The notes beneath the pieces were generated by a model that saw only the letters and a program-made list of their open reading frames with translations, was not told where the DNA came from and made no database searches. A program made the translations under genes and the position numbers. A stretch of DNA of 63,996 nucleotides, the filler included, from Choristocarpus tenellus KU-1152 (taxonomy: Eukaryota > Protista > Phaeophyceae): assembly GCA_964200185.2 (NCBI GenBank). It is 14 parts of 14 records of this genome, joined end to end, with 100 filler letters (N's around TTAATTAATTAA, not from the genome) between each part and the next. Parts side by side here need not be neighbours in the genome. Positions count along the whole stretch, not along the records: positions 25,233 to 27,892 come from CAXNAD020025875.1; positions 27,993 to 43,487 come from CAXNAD020000988.1; 12 more parts are not named here. One strand, given 5' to 3'. Positions 25,754 to 38,458 of the stretch are shown piece by piece; positions within the stretch are counted from its first letter, which is position 1, and each line of letters begins with the position of its first letter.

Positions 25754-26699
25754 CTGTCCATGGATCAGGAATATGGATGCGAACGTAGATGGTGAAGGAG
25801 GTCAGATAGATAGATAAAACGTAATTGCGGAAGTGGGGACGCTGATTACTGCCCCCAATCTGGTGATGGGGGCCACTCGACAGTAGACAGTGGGCTAAGA
25901 GTGGGAAGTACATATGTCGATTTGGCATGTCGTTGTGTGGGTTGACGTTTGACATGGGGAGCTGTTACGCATTGAAGAGAAATGCTTGGTTGCTTGTTGG
26001 GGGTTCGGCTTTAGTTTGCAATGTGGGCAAGGGGTGGTGAGGTGGGCGTTTTTGACGGGAACAGGAACACAGGCGGAAGAGCTCCTATCACCCAAACAAC
26101 ACACCGGCAGTTTGATCGAACAGGCACCCCACCAGTCAGAGCTTTCTGGGGATGGCTTAGGTGTTGCGTTGATCTTGTACACTTTGGTGTTTGAGGGGTA
26201 CGTACAATGCGCAAGTTGTACGTCATCTCTTCCTCACTACAATGATACTTTGGTGCCCGGGTGTGAAAAATCATCATGAGATCTTGTGTGAGGGATCCTC
26301 TTCCAAACCTTCCTCCCATAAACATACACTCACACACGCAGACAAACATCAAGGGCCACTACTTCTTTCGAGACAACACCCTACCAGTGCTCTGAATTGT
26401 GTGGCACCAGGATATTCCATATACTCGTACTGCACATTCTACTTGTTTGCCGGACTACCTTTCGTTCTTGTTCTCTTTCTATCAAATTTGCACATCTCAT
26501 ACTTTGTGCGAACCTCTCTCAGCAGAACTAAATCATTCTCTTCTTCCCAAATTCTTTTCCCTATGGATACTCTTTTCATTATCCAACTTTGCCTCATTTC
26601 ATCTTCCCTGCCCTCATTCACCTTCTCTCTTTGTTCTTGCATTTGGATTTCCTCAGTGTATGTATGGAACAAAGAAGTTTTTGAAACACTAGTATTTTT

Positions 26700-27590
26700 T
26701 TAAATTTGCTGCGCAGCTATTTTTCATACAAGAGACCGTGTAAAACACAGTATCCCAGAAACATCATCCTTCTTTCTCATTCAGTATCCTTTCTCACACT
26801 CGAAGTCTCAAACATTTGATCAGCTCCAATAGATAAAAACTCACCCGCAGTCACTATCACACACTGTTCCCTTATCCGTGACTTCTAGTATATTCTTCTT
26901 TACCAAACTTCAGCGCAATATATTTACCTGGATGTTTGAAGCTGCCCTATTGAGTATTTTCTTAGCCTGAATCTTCTCCAGGTACAATTCGTATCTGGTG
27001 AGGAGAAAGGAAGGTAAATATTGATGGCTTGTGGTGACACCCATCTAGCCTTTCATTTTATTACTCTGGGAATGATTTTGATGTTGTGAAGAATCTAATA
27101 TGCTTGGAAAGTATATTCAACTGGAGGTAAGCATGCATACTATATGATGGGCATTGGAAGGGATTTGATTTGGTTGGTGTCTGCTTGAGAATGTTCAGGT
27201 GCCATGTGTATGAGGTTCGTTTGGCACTGATGGAAAACCGGGGACTCCCTGACTGTTCTTCGTGAAATCTTCCTACACTACAATGGTAATAGCCAGCCCA
27301 CAGCTTATTCTTATGTGGTCAATATTCCCTTGATACACAAGTGCACCTCTTGCACAGAAACATGTATTGCAATAGAGGACCATTTCAAAGAGTGCATGCA
27401 TCCAACCATGTCTTGGAATGACACGAGCAGTGTCTGGCTCAAGGTCAGGCGTGAACTGCACTGCAAGAGTATCAAAATTAAAGGGATACATTGACCTCTA
27501 TATAGATCTAGGTCATATTGTGCGGCAAATGACCCACCTTACAAATAGTCAAGATCTAACTCTTCACCCACACCCTTACCTCCACCACTC
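26700..27590 (-). pseudogene. Possible decayed LINE reverse-transcriptase region
   Basis: Scattered degenerate motifs in RT order (QGVP.., FKHPG ~ FKYLG, VLHGLLY); many stops. Confidence 0.25.
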
Positions 27591-27613
27591 CTTCTGAATA
27601 TTTCAAAGGCTCC

Positions 27614-27874
27614 ACATGAAAGTATCTTAGAGGGTACGAGTCTTGCCCTTTTGGTCCATTTGGGGCTTGGCTTCCCATGTTTTCTTTTTAATGACATTTT
27701 CCTACTCCAATATATTTCGGAGTAGGCAAGATGTATACGCTATGAAAAGGTGTGTTCGGAACAAGGATATTGACGCTTCCTAACAAACACAATAACAAGA
27801 ATTACATCAATATTGCAAAATTGGATTTTGGCCCCCAAATGAACCCGGCCCTACCATCTAAGATACTTTGGCTG
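27614..27874 (+). mobile_element. MITE family A copy
   Basis: TGAAAGTATCTTAGAGGGTA..TACCATCTAAGATACTTTGGCTG; flanks CTCC/TTCC; near-identical to the 56884 copy. Confidence 0.92.
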
Positions 27875-28999
27875 TTCCCAAACACAGGAGTTNNNNNNNN
27901 NNNNNNNNNNNNNNNNNNNNNNNNNNNNNNNNNNNNTTAATTAATTAANNNNNNNNNNNNNNNNNNNNNNNNNNNNNNNNNNNNNNNNNNNNGTTTTTTT
28001 TTTTTTGTGAAGTACATACAAACTGCTCTGCAACTTGGTGACACGTTGACCAAGCGACTACGCCAGAAGCAGGCAAAAGACTTCGTAGACACTGTTTTGG
28101 TAAGATGAATATGCTGTGTGAGAGTTGAACCAACCTGTGTTCTTTTGCTTACACTCTCAGTGTGCATATTACTATAAGAACTATTGTAGTATCATGTAAC
28201 CGAAAGTATTCGGGATTATCGTTCATATATTAGCGAAGTATTAATTGACAATAAATAATAGGTTGAAGTTCACTTGTTCGAGACGTGTTCTGAATCATGG
28301 AGTTTTCTTGACGATTTAAGTACTTCTCTTCCTTGTAATTCTTGGTAGAATCAACAGGTACTAAGCCAAGCCTCACCGTGTATAATAATATCGCTCGTCT
28401 TTTTCAACCATATGATCACATTCAGGAGACGGGAATCGTGCGAGGGTCCCATATATTTTCTCTCCTTCCATACTCACACATACAGCTGTCTAAATCTGCA
28501 CAATGTTAACAGCGTCAATGCACTAATTGTCGTACCCGAGCAATGTTCAAGGAAGAGGTTGAGGTGAGAGTCAACCTGCATGAAGAGGTCATAGATAAAG
28601 ACTGGCCAATATATAATCAAGACAGGCTTCGTCGCTGTTCCAGAAGAGGAAGGGACACATGACCTTTGCCTTGATCCGAGCTTCCACAAGTCCTCGGACA
28701 GGCAGTATGCTGACCTTCACAAAGGGGCCAAGGGAACAAGACTCCACTGGTGTTTTGCTGCGGACGATGGAGGGTGGAAGGAGGGCAAAAAGTGTTTAAA
28801 TAACTATCAAGGCGGTTCGATTTATCCTCTGTTGAGAGAGGAACCAACCTACATGCCCTTCAAAGTTAGATGGGAGGACGGCAACAGACGAAATGTTCAT
28901 CTCAATTCATGAGACTACTGCACATGGCAAGAAGCTCATGTTAATAACTGGCTCTGGATACTCGATGTAGGACAGTAAAGAACAAGGAGAGAGACGGAC

Positions 29000-29233
29000 T
29001 TACCTCTCTTCTTGGCCTTCTCCCCCCTCTACTGTCTTGTGGTACTTTCCTTCCTTGTCCATGGCCGGGTCCAATTTTCTTTTGTGAGATAGAGATTTGT
29101 AGATTGATTTTTCTGATTGTTTTTTTAACTTGATCTTTTGATTCTCATGGAGGAGAAGAGTGAGAGACAGATCAGTACCATATATTTTGTTTCCTCTACA
29201 GTACAAACCCTTTGACTTTTCATTCAAAATCAT
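29000..29233 (-). pseudogene. Possible LINE ORF1 C-terminal remnant
   Basis: ILNEKSKGL..IYGTDLSLT..E..K resembles the end of L1/CR1-type ORF1; weak. Confidence 0.22.
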
Positions 29234-31350
29234 GTATATACTTGCTGAAGTTTATATACGCTTTAATACTTCGATTCCATCGACTAAATACGAGGTCAAG
29301 AATATCTCAGAAGTACAGTCTTCCACAAGAAGGTAATACATTCCCCCGCTGTGGGGAAGGAGCGACAACTGGAGAATCCTTGGGCAAAGAAGGCAGGGCA
29401 TTCTCCTACTACAAAGAGGGGGCAATAACTGGAGAATTGTTCTACAAAAGAAGGCAAACTTTCTCAGGCTGATGATGCAGAGACACATACCGAGAAGACT
29501 TCTGGGAATAAGGACAAACCTCTCCTGGTCAGGAGGCTGAGGAAAGACGGATGAGCTATATGTTGGTAATTGGTCATGGAAACACATAGACACCACCGGT
29601 GGAGCTGCAAATACAGTTTGGAGTAAGTAACCAGACATATGTAACAGCAATTCAGTAGGGGTATTGAATGATGAGGGAGTATATCATGGATACGTATTGT
29701 TATCCCACCTCTACCTTATTCATCTATTCTGTGTTGCAACAATAGACATATACTACGAGATTAATTGGATAAATTCGTACGTTTGCACCAAGTGGTCAGC
29801 AGGCAATGCTCCACCCTTGAGTCTGTCTAGAGTAGAGACCAAACATTGATACCAGTGTACATTCCCCTAATCTGATATATCATCAAAGTAAACATACTCG
29901 TGTGGTAGATCCTCTCCATGCAGGGATTGTTGATTATCGTGCGAATGGAAAGGATGGGGTCCAACAACTCGCATTATATCTCCGACGTGTTTTTTCGGGT
30001 GTACCGAAACCATTAGAAATAACGAAGGATGTGGGTCATACTGATTGAGGGCAACATTCTGTCACGAAAGGGATCGGGAGCTCTGTGAACGATGGTCGTA
30101 ATTTGTGACGCTGCTTATTGGAGAGAACCCAAATAAACTATCAAATGTCAGGTTTCAAGGACGGTGAGGAGAACCGATGGCATTCTTAACACATTCATGC
30201 ACAATTGAGTGGATTCCCTACGGGAATCCAACTCCATCATCAAAAATAAGTGGAGGTGTGGGCAAACCCAAGGCCAAACCAACGGTTTATATGAAATCCC
30301 TTAGTAGGTGATTGTTGATCATGGATTTACTACAGCTAGCTAACACCATCGAATCTCCCAATTCAATCGTGGTAGATGATTACTGCTCTCTATACATTGC
30401 TATCCTGAAGGGATGCGGCAGGTGCAACGATATCACCAACAAGACATTGCCGTTAGAGAAGACATACACACTCTGGTGTAGAGAAAGGCCGTGTTTCTAA
30501 TTTCGGTTGAGGCCAAGGACTGGAATGATAAATAATCATCATGACAAGACCTATGACACATGTTCATGGACGCCTACCCAAAGCTGAAGGTTTGGTGGAA
30601 GAACCGAGATGTTACAGCTTCCACAGTGCGGAAGGACATGAAGTGAAGGTTTTGCGTCGAAGTGCTTGGTAACTCCAGCAATTCCGTAGAGTTCGTAGGT
30701 AAGTTGAGGGTATATTGCTTGTGTGTTGACGTTTTACATCAGTGTTCGTGAAGACCACTTATTCCAGTCCTCTACGACAACCTCATATCTATATGTTGGT
30801 TTACTTTGGAATACTATGAGCAAAGAATATCTCGAACACTTGGTTTCAAGGTTTCAAAGTTGGGCACCTGAATTTGTAGCTGGTATGTTGTGTGAAGGGA
30901 GGTGTTCATTGAGTTTGGAGTATTTCCATCCTTCCGATTTTTCCTGTTTCTGACCTTTACAATATGGGCAGTGCGATTTCTTCATCCCAACAACCTTCCT
31001 CTTGTTCAAGAGGAATACTTGGGAGAGGATTTTGGGACTGGTAGACAGAATAGATCAATATAATTGTTCTGTGATTATCCAAACCTCACTTCTAAAGCAC
31101 GAAAACAGGTGTTTGGGAAATGAGTTGACTTAAGAGTAGAGATTGCAGAGACCTTTTGTCTAATTAGCAGGCCGATCCGAAGCCATGAGCAGGGAAATGT
31201 GTAGCGAGTTAATTGTGGGTAGTGACACCATGTGACGAATATGTAGTCACCGTTCCGGTTGTATACTGCTATTTTTTTCTTAGTGCTAAAGAATCGAACT
31301 TGTTCGATTCACTTATTCCGATAAATTAAACTGAAGTCATTTGAGATGTC

Positions 31351-31586
31351 GAGTCTCAAAGTATCTTAGAGGGTAAAGCCACGTCCGTTTGGGGCCCAAA
31401 ATCCGATGTTGCGATTTGATGTGATTTGTCCATATCCATGTGCCGGACACACCCTTTCATAACGTATACATTTTACGTACTCCAAAATATTTTGGAGAAG
31501 GAAAATGTCATGAAAAGAACCGTGGGAGGCCAAGCCCCAAATGGACAAACAGGGCAAAACTCGTACCCTCTAAGATACTTTCATTC
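31351..31586 (-). mobile_element. MITE family A copy (internal deletion)
   Basis: Both TIRs present; flanks TGTC/TGTT. Confidence 0.9.
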
Positions 31587-31860
31587 TGTTATCGTGATTC
31601 ACAACACCAGAATTTTCCCACTCGCCAGTGAGTTAGGAACCATACTTGGGGGAGGAGGAAAATGGTTGCATTCCACGTAATATACCGTCATCAGTTTTGT
31701 TTTTTCACGCCACACCATCCACTAAACTAACTCCATATTTGAAAATATGTTCTCATAATGAACTAACTGTGATTTGTTTTGCTCACGAATTCTGAATTAT
31801 TATTTTTTATTCTATGTTTGCATTCCACCCATTCCCCTCCTTCCTATTGTACCACCACTT

Positions 31861-32137
31861 ATGATCAACCAGTGCGATCCCTTTGCCACTGATTTCCAGT
31901 CACCCCCCTCTCATCCAATGACCAACCAATGCGAACCCCCTTCACCACTGATTTCCACTCACCCCCCACATCTGATGACCAACCAGTGCGATCCCTTTGC
32001 CACTGATTTCCAGTCACCCCCCCCCTGCAATGACTAACCAATGTGAACCCCTTTCACCACTGATTTCCACTCACTCCCCACATCCGATGACCAACCAGTG
32101 CGACCCCTTCGCCCACTGATTTCGAGTCACCACCCCA
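31861..32137. repeat. ~57-bp minisatellite, 5 units alternating A/B
   Basis: Units start at 31861, 31918, 31975, 32030 and 32087 (ATGAYYAACCARTGYGA..CCACTGATTTC). Confidence 0.9.
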
Positions 32138-32810
32138 CCCTTCAACCCCACTCAACTCCACACCAGTTACCACTCCACTCAACCCTACACCACTTACTAC
32201 TCCCCCACACCACTCAACACCACTCCACAATCATCCGAGAACACCCCTTCATTATCCACTTCAAAATATGCCTTTGAACTAGAACACATCTACCCCACCC
32301 GAACTTTGAGCATCCCAATTGGTCATGAGCAAGCGAAAGGGCGGGCGGGCGGGAGAGCTTGCTCAGGGGTTGTCTTGTTCTAGCCCTCCTCGTTTTGTAC
32401 CACCAGCCATAGGTTTTCTTTACCTACTGACGATTCCTTCTTATCTTGTGCCTCCACCTACCCACCACTTCTTTAACTTCTCTCCTACCTCTTCTACCTC
32501 CTCATCACTGAGTACTTAATTCTTCGTTTACCCCTTGACTATTTTTTTTTTCCTTCCACGCCTCTCCCTCCCCTGTAGGACATTCCTACCAGAATTCTCC
32601 CGACACAAAACTCACATTACTTCATAAACTTTCCCTTTGAACAGAAAAATACGTTACAAAGTAATTCCTCACCTAAGTCGGAACAAAAAGTCCTTCATGT
32701 TATTAGATGTTTTAAAAATCCAGTTAAGTTGTCAAAAGTTGAATCCGTATATAAATGAATACATGATTTCACGGTTGAAAAAAATGTAGTTACCATGATA
32801 TTATTTTTAA

Positions 32811-33050
32811 TTATTATATTATTCTGTGCCCTCTCACATTTTGGAGATGTTTCAAGGAAATGCAATAATACTGCAACACAACGGCTATCAAAATAACTTT
32901 GTCATGAACTTCAAGTACATATTATATATTTACTATATTATTATGCCCTCTGACATTTTGCAGATGTGTTGGGGGGGAGACAAATGAAAACTATACACAT
33001 GTTAGTATAAGCCCTAAAGAAATAAAATATCCTAAATGTGAAGAACACTA
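32811..33050 (-). mobile_element. Two short 3'-terminal fragments of the CRE-like element tail
   Basis: TATATTATT(C/A)TG..CCCTCT.ACATTTTG.AGATGT at ~32815 and ~32935 match the reverse complement of 13230-13285. Confidence 0.55.
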
Positions 33051-33436
33051 AAAAACACTAAGTGTGAAAGACAAAATAATCATTCAATGTGCATTTAATC
33101 TACCCATCACGAAGGGTAAAAAGCGCTTCTTCGAAGAATTATGGTCGGACATGAGAGAGGTACATTCTGCCACAACTTGATTAAACCAACCAGGAGAGAT
33201 TGATTGGATCCGAATCAAGCATAAGCAGATTGGGCTTGACCCTGCAGCTTCCTTGATGAACCACCCTCTGCTCGCACATGAGTCCTGAGGGTCGAGAAAA
33301 TCCTGGAAGCGTGGAAACATAAAATTTAAAGAGCAACAACACCTCCCTACAGAACCGATCTTGCAAAGCACACAACAACTGGAACTACTCCTGGGGCTCC
33401 TGAAAGAATAAACTTGAACAACTTTGGGCCACTCTC

Positions 33437-36400
33437 TCATTCCAGAGGGAAATTTGGTGGTGCGCCAGGGGTTGTGCACTTTCTTCTGATCTCTGCCAGT
33501 CCCAAAGTTGCCACATTACTCTCTGGGTGTTCCCACAGTAGGTGCTTGCGGGCCCTCAGCATGCCACGATAGAGTCGTTCAAGTTCAGACTCAGAGTATG
33601 TGAGTATGTAGTGGATCGCGCCAGTTGGGTCTTGATCCCACATCTGTTTTTAATTTTCATTGCCATTAAGGACACATTGAAAACCCGCCAGATGGTCACA
33701 CCCCAGAGAACAAAGTAAATGTGTTGTTCAATGTACAATAGCAAACTGCGTGTAAACCCAAAAATATGTCTAGATCATAGGGATCATTTTGCACTGAAGA
33801 TGACAAAAAATATATATACAAGTGGGGGAGGCATGGAGGAGCAAAAGCAACGAAAGTATTACGCTACCTGGGTCTTGCAATGACATTTATCCGGAAGTGG
33901 ATATGCACTTGTGTTGATGTGGTCAGCTTCAAATAACATTTCCTCACCCTGGGGCAAATAACTCTTGCAATATGCTCCTATCATACACAGACTATACGAT
34001 ACCATGATTAGGCAACTGTTGTGATGAAGCAGTGACCAACCTTTGCCGTCACAGTGATGGTGAATGAGTCGTAGTTGAGGAAGCGATTAAACGGTGCTGC
34101 TGCTAGACGGAAACCATTATCAATGACCAATGGCAAGCATCCAGCAGCAAGGGTATCAGTGAACCTAGATCAAAGACATTTCCAACAGGAATTATAGAAG
34201 GGTCGGAGGGGGGGGTGGTATGGGAAGGCGAGAGTCACTTACAATATGTAACACATCCCTCTTGCCAAGCATGAGGACAAGGGCTACCACAATCTTTGTG
34301 CCATACTCACAAACATAAGCCGTGGAGAGTAATATAATCACTCAACATATAATGTGCTACTGTTGATCAAAATTTCGAAGTGCAACAAAATACAAAGAAA
34401 ACAGAAGCAAGTCTGGTGGGCAGATATTGCTTTGTGTTTGTCACTCTATATCGACCCAAACATCTACAAAATATCAAGGAAAATCAACCTGTTCAGCTTC
34501 AAGAAAATAGAGCGGGCTGGGGCTGGGGGTGGGGGCAGTGTGAGCTCCAGAATATGTACTCAAGAACAGGCTCAAGTATCTGGGGGGAGAGGCGGCTGTC
34601 CATTCGGGGCCCAATTTTCCATGTTGTGATTTTTGGGTGATTTGGTTGCATGTGTCGGATGGATAATTAAGTTCACTTCTCCTGGTCAGAGCCCAAGTGA
34701 ACACCCTGGTATAGACCCCGCCCCCCCAGAGACTTTGAGTCAACAATCGAAACAAAAAAGTGAAAATTCAAGTAGCGTATTACTCCATTCAAATTTACCC
34801 CTCTCTGACACCAGCCCAACATTTGAGTAAACAGAGCTCATAATCCCATCACACCATAAACGATTGTGGCAGGTACTGTACACCAGTTTGCTCTTCAGAA
34901 TATGCAGAAAGGATCGACCCAAGCTCAAGATCCCCGCAAGCATGGGCAGCACTAATATACCAGGTGGGGTGGGCATTGTAGTAATATGCAGTTGTCCTGG
35001 AGAAATTTGAACTCTACGTTGCACCTGCTTGTTAGCGGATCATCACAACTCATGACGAGGCAAAACTTCGACGCATGTAGCTCATTCCCGAAAATCTGAG
35101 AAGATGGGTACATCAACCCCCCCACAACAGAGAAAAATAAAACGAGAGGCACACAAGGGAGGGGAGAGTCAAGTGGATAAAACATTGCCGCGGACATCAA
35201 AGTGCAGTAGCAGGATCAGCAGAATAACCAGTTGAAGTGGAGGGGCCTGGGGGTCCTCCAGGTTGTTTTCTCAACCATGTTAATAAAAACGGAACAGCAC
35301 TTGAAGGAAGGGAGGATTGCCACCCACTGTCCTACTGTGCGGTATGTAAGTCGAAATACTCTCGCATAAGCAACCCATCTCATCAGTGCGTAGACAGTAC
35401 TACATCTTCTTCCTTGATTTTCCCTGACCTTTGCTGCCTGGAGTTGAGGTCTACCTGAGTCAGGAAAGGGGTGTCACTACTTTACAGGACAAGTTCATAA
35501 TATTCTCATCCAGAAGCAACAATGGATAGAATTTGTTCGCAGACATCCTGCAGGAAGGTTATATCCGTAGGACATCCTGCAGGAAGGTGTATTAGCAAAT
35601 GATTCTTTAGATATTCAAAGCAATAATCACCTGCACTACTACCTCTTTGAAATCCCCCTTATTCTCGAAACAAAGCCCACTGCAATTACCCTCCATCTCC
35701 CCAGACAACTGAACGCCCTCCCTCCGTCTTACCTGGAAGTGATATCTAGGGAGTTAGATTTGTTCTACAGGGGTAACCACTCACCCAATGATTTTCAGCG
35801 TGCCCGTAGTGAATGCTGACGTTCGGCAAAGTCCCATTCAGCTCCAGTACCTTATCTCGAGACGTTTGGGAACCTTCTGATTGACTGCAGGACCTGCCCT
35901 TTCCCCTGAAATACACTAGAGTCTCCCTATTCAGCCACTGCTCGTATGATACAACATCTGAATACACTTTCTTTGCTGTTCTTACTGGAACCGTCACAGT
36001 GCACCGCCAGTCAGTCTTTAGTCGCCACCAAGGCGGACGCCCAGATAATGAAAAATTCCCCACCTTCCAAAATTCAGTATCAAGCTTGTTCTGGTGCCAG
36101 TTGACTTGGTGACCCACCGTCATATTGCTCATCACCTTGAGCACATTGTCAGGAAAAACAGGTTCCCGTTTTTCCCTAGGATACACACTCTCTATCAAAT
36201 AGGAGCCAATCTGAGGCATCCAAGGCGAATGTATTGTATGTGAGTTGGAGGAGTATTGGTGGGGTGAGGTTTGGCAAGAATGTGTGAGAATCTAGTCTTG
36301 CAAAAGTTTTGTCAGTTTACTTTGTCGGAGCACATGTTGTCATGTACCTGTTAGATATTCCTTGCAAAATTCAGAGAGGCTGAGGGTGTACCTCTTGGAC

Positions 36401-38152
36401 AGCTATGTTTGATGCTGGAGTTCTCTTTGTTCACAGCACGCACAAGGTCTCAAGAATTAAGTCTTGATAAAATACAGTTCTGAGTGAAAGTATCTTATAG
36501 GGTACAAGATTTGTCCTGTTTGTTCATTTGGTGCTTGGCTTCACATGTTCTTTTATATGACATTTTACCTTACGAACAAGTGTGTCCGGTACAAGCATAT
36601 TGACACATCCTAACAAACACGATAGCCAATATTACATCAAAATCGCAACATCGGATTTTGGCCCCCAAATGGACGCGACCCTACTCTCTAAGATCCTTTG
36701 GCTCTTCTCTACATCTTGTACTTCGTATACGATACGTAGGAGAAACAGATGCAAACCAGACATAGACATTGAAATTGGTAACGAAAAATCGAAGACCAAC
36801 GTGGAGGAGGTTGGGTACAATAGGTCGGTATGATAACACTGAACCTCTGAACAAGCAACTCTTCTTACCCCGTACACAGAAGCATCCGCGAAAAACGCAG
36901 AAGACCTGGAGAAGCCTAATGGTTCAAAACGACTACGTTATCAACAACACAGGATTTTGTCCTTTTTTTCTGTTTGGACAGACAGTTTCAAACAAGTCGC
37001 TTCGAATCTGTTCAGATCATTCATCCTTTCCTATTTATATGTTGTACTAAGTGCCTACTTAAACCCTCAAAGAATTGATCAGGAGGACTGCAGCACAAGT
37101 AGAACACAAACAAATATTTGTTCGAGAAATCACTATTCCACTACTTGGGTGCTTACAACACTTCCTCCAATACAAGAACACAGGTAAGCAGAATTAATAC
37201 CACCAACGCATACTTGCCAAAGTGTAGACAAGCTCCACCTGTTCAAAACTCACCGGCCAGAAGTGATCCCTGCCGTTTCTCCTCTGGAACCATTTACTCG
37301 TCTTTAACGCTTTGGTGACTCTTTCCACCCGATCTAGGTGACTCTCACCATTGCAATCTCCAGCACGGACTGACTGGTCAAAATCAAAAGTCACAACGAA
37401 GATAGTTGCTTCTTCGGGACTCATAGTCCTCCACGGGTGATTGCTGAGACCCTTGTACCACTCCCGAGTTGTATCCTTAGAGAAGACATAACCAGTTCAT
37501 CGACGGGACTGATTGGTTGACTTGAAGCGAACAAGATTGTATGTATGTAACTCTTGCTGTAGAAGTAGAGGATCATCTGACCTCCTATCTCTTAACTTGT
37601 GTTCAGCTATTCACAATAAATCATTCATCACGAAGAAATATCGTAAAACAGACTTCAGTTCACTATTACAGCAGGAAAGAGTGATATACACTTTAAGAGG
37701 ATAAATGTAACACAGGAGATGATCGATTTTCACATATGCTTTAGAGTATACACTATATTCGAACACAACTACGTATCATATTATCTTCTCCAATAAGGGT
37801 AATCCTTTGATAGTAGCAGCACTCATGTCAAGTGTCCACTACCACTGCCAGGGGGGGGTTTCTTTCTCACCCAGTAAGAGACCTTTAGCCCCTTCTCGCC
37901 ACCGTAGCACTCTTCCTTCATTTTACTTCCTTTGGGAAGGGCAGAGAAGGACTGCAGATCCGGGGTCTCATCGTCATATAGGAAAAAAAGCAACCCAACT
38001 GGCTGGTCTGAAAACACAGTTGTGCTTTCCAATGCCGATGCCATACCTGCCGAGAGTGTAGTGAACAGCATCGTGGCAATGAACAATGTCCATTGGAACC
38101 ATAATTTGTCCAGAGATGACCGCTGCCAGAGTCCTAGCTTCCTCCTGTCTTG
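33437..38152 (-). CDS. GT47/exostosin-family glycosyltransferase (6 exons to stop; start exon not located)
   Basis: Phase-compatible exons 38152-37871, 37475-37254, 36210-35785, 35095-35025, 34164-34041 and 33643-33437. Motifs: hydrophobic anchor, FFLYDD, HPWRTMSPEEATIFVV, WFQRRNGRDHFW, RETLVYFRG, SKFCLVMSCDDPLTSRFTDTLAAGCLPLVI..PF..LNYDSF. Confidence 0.88.
34569..34741. mobile_element. MITE family B copy (intronic)
   Basis: GGCTCAAGTATCTGGGGGG..CCCCCCAGAGACTTTGAGTC; perfect TSD AACA. Confidence 0.9.
36482..36704 (+). mobile_element. MITE family A copy (intronic, central hairpin deleted)
   Basis: GAGTGAAAGTATC..GATCCTTTGGCTC; perfect TSD TTCT. Confidence 0.92.
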
Positions 38153-38276
38153 CTGTGGGATAACAGCAAAAGGTGGCCAGTGTTGGACAAGATGACAATA
38201 GAGCACAACCTTTAAAAGCACAAGTGAATTTCCAATGACCACCAAGAAAATACTATAATTTTTTTCATATGCAACC

Positions 38277-38458
38277 GACTCAAAGTATCTGGGGGAGGGG
38301 AGGGGGTCTACACCAGGGTATCTATTTGGACCCTGACCAGGATAAATGCACTTAATTTATCCATCCGATGCATGCAACCAAATCGCCCAAAAATCGCGAC
38401 AAGGAAATAAATGGGCCCCGAATGGACAGCCACCCCCCCCCCATAGGTACTTTGAGCC
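38277..38458. mobile_element. MITE family B copy
   Basis: GACTCAAAGTATCTGGGGG..TACTTTGAGCC; flanks AACC/ACCA (only ACC shared). Confidence 0.88.

Noticed and set aside
27752-27940. Family of similar short ORFs (MFGTRILTLPNK..., also at 36582, 40969, 57022)
   Set aside because: Chance translations of MITE A copies; frames are not conserved.
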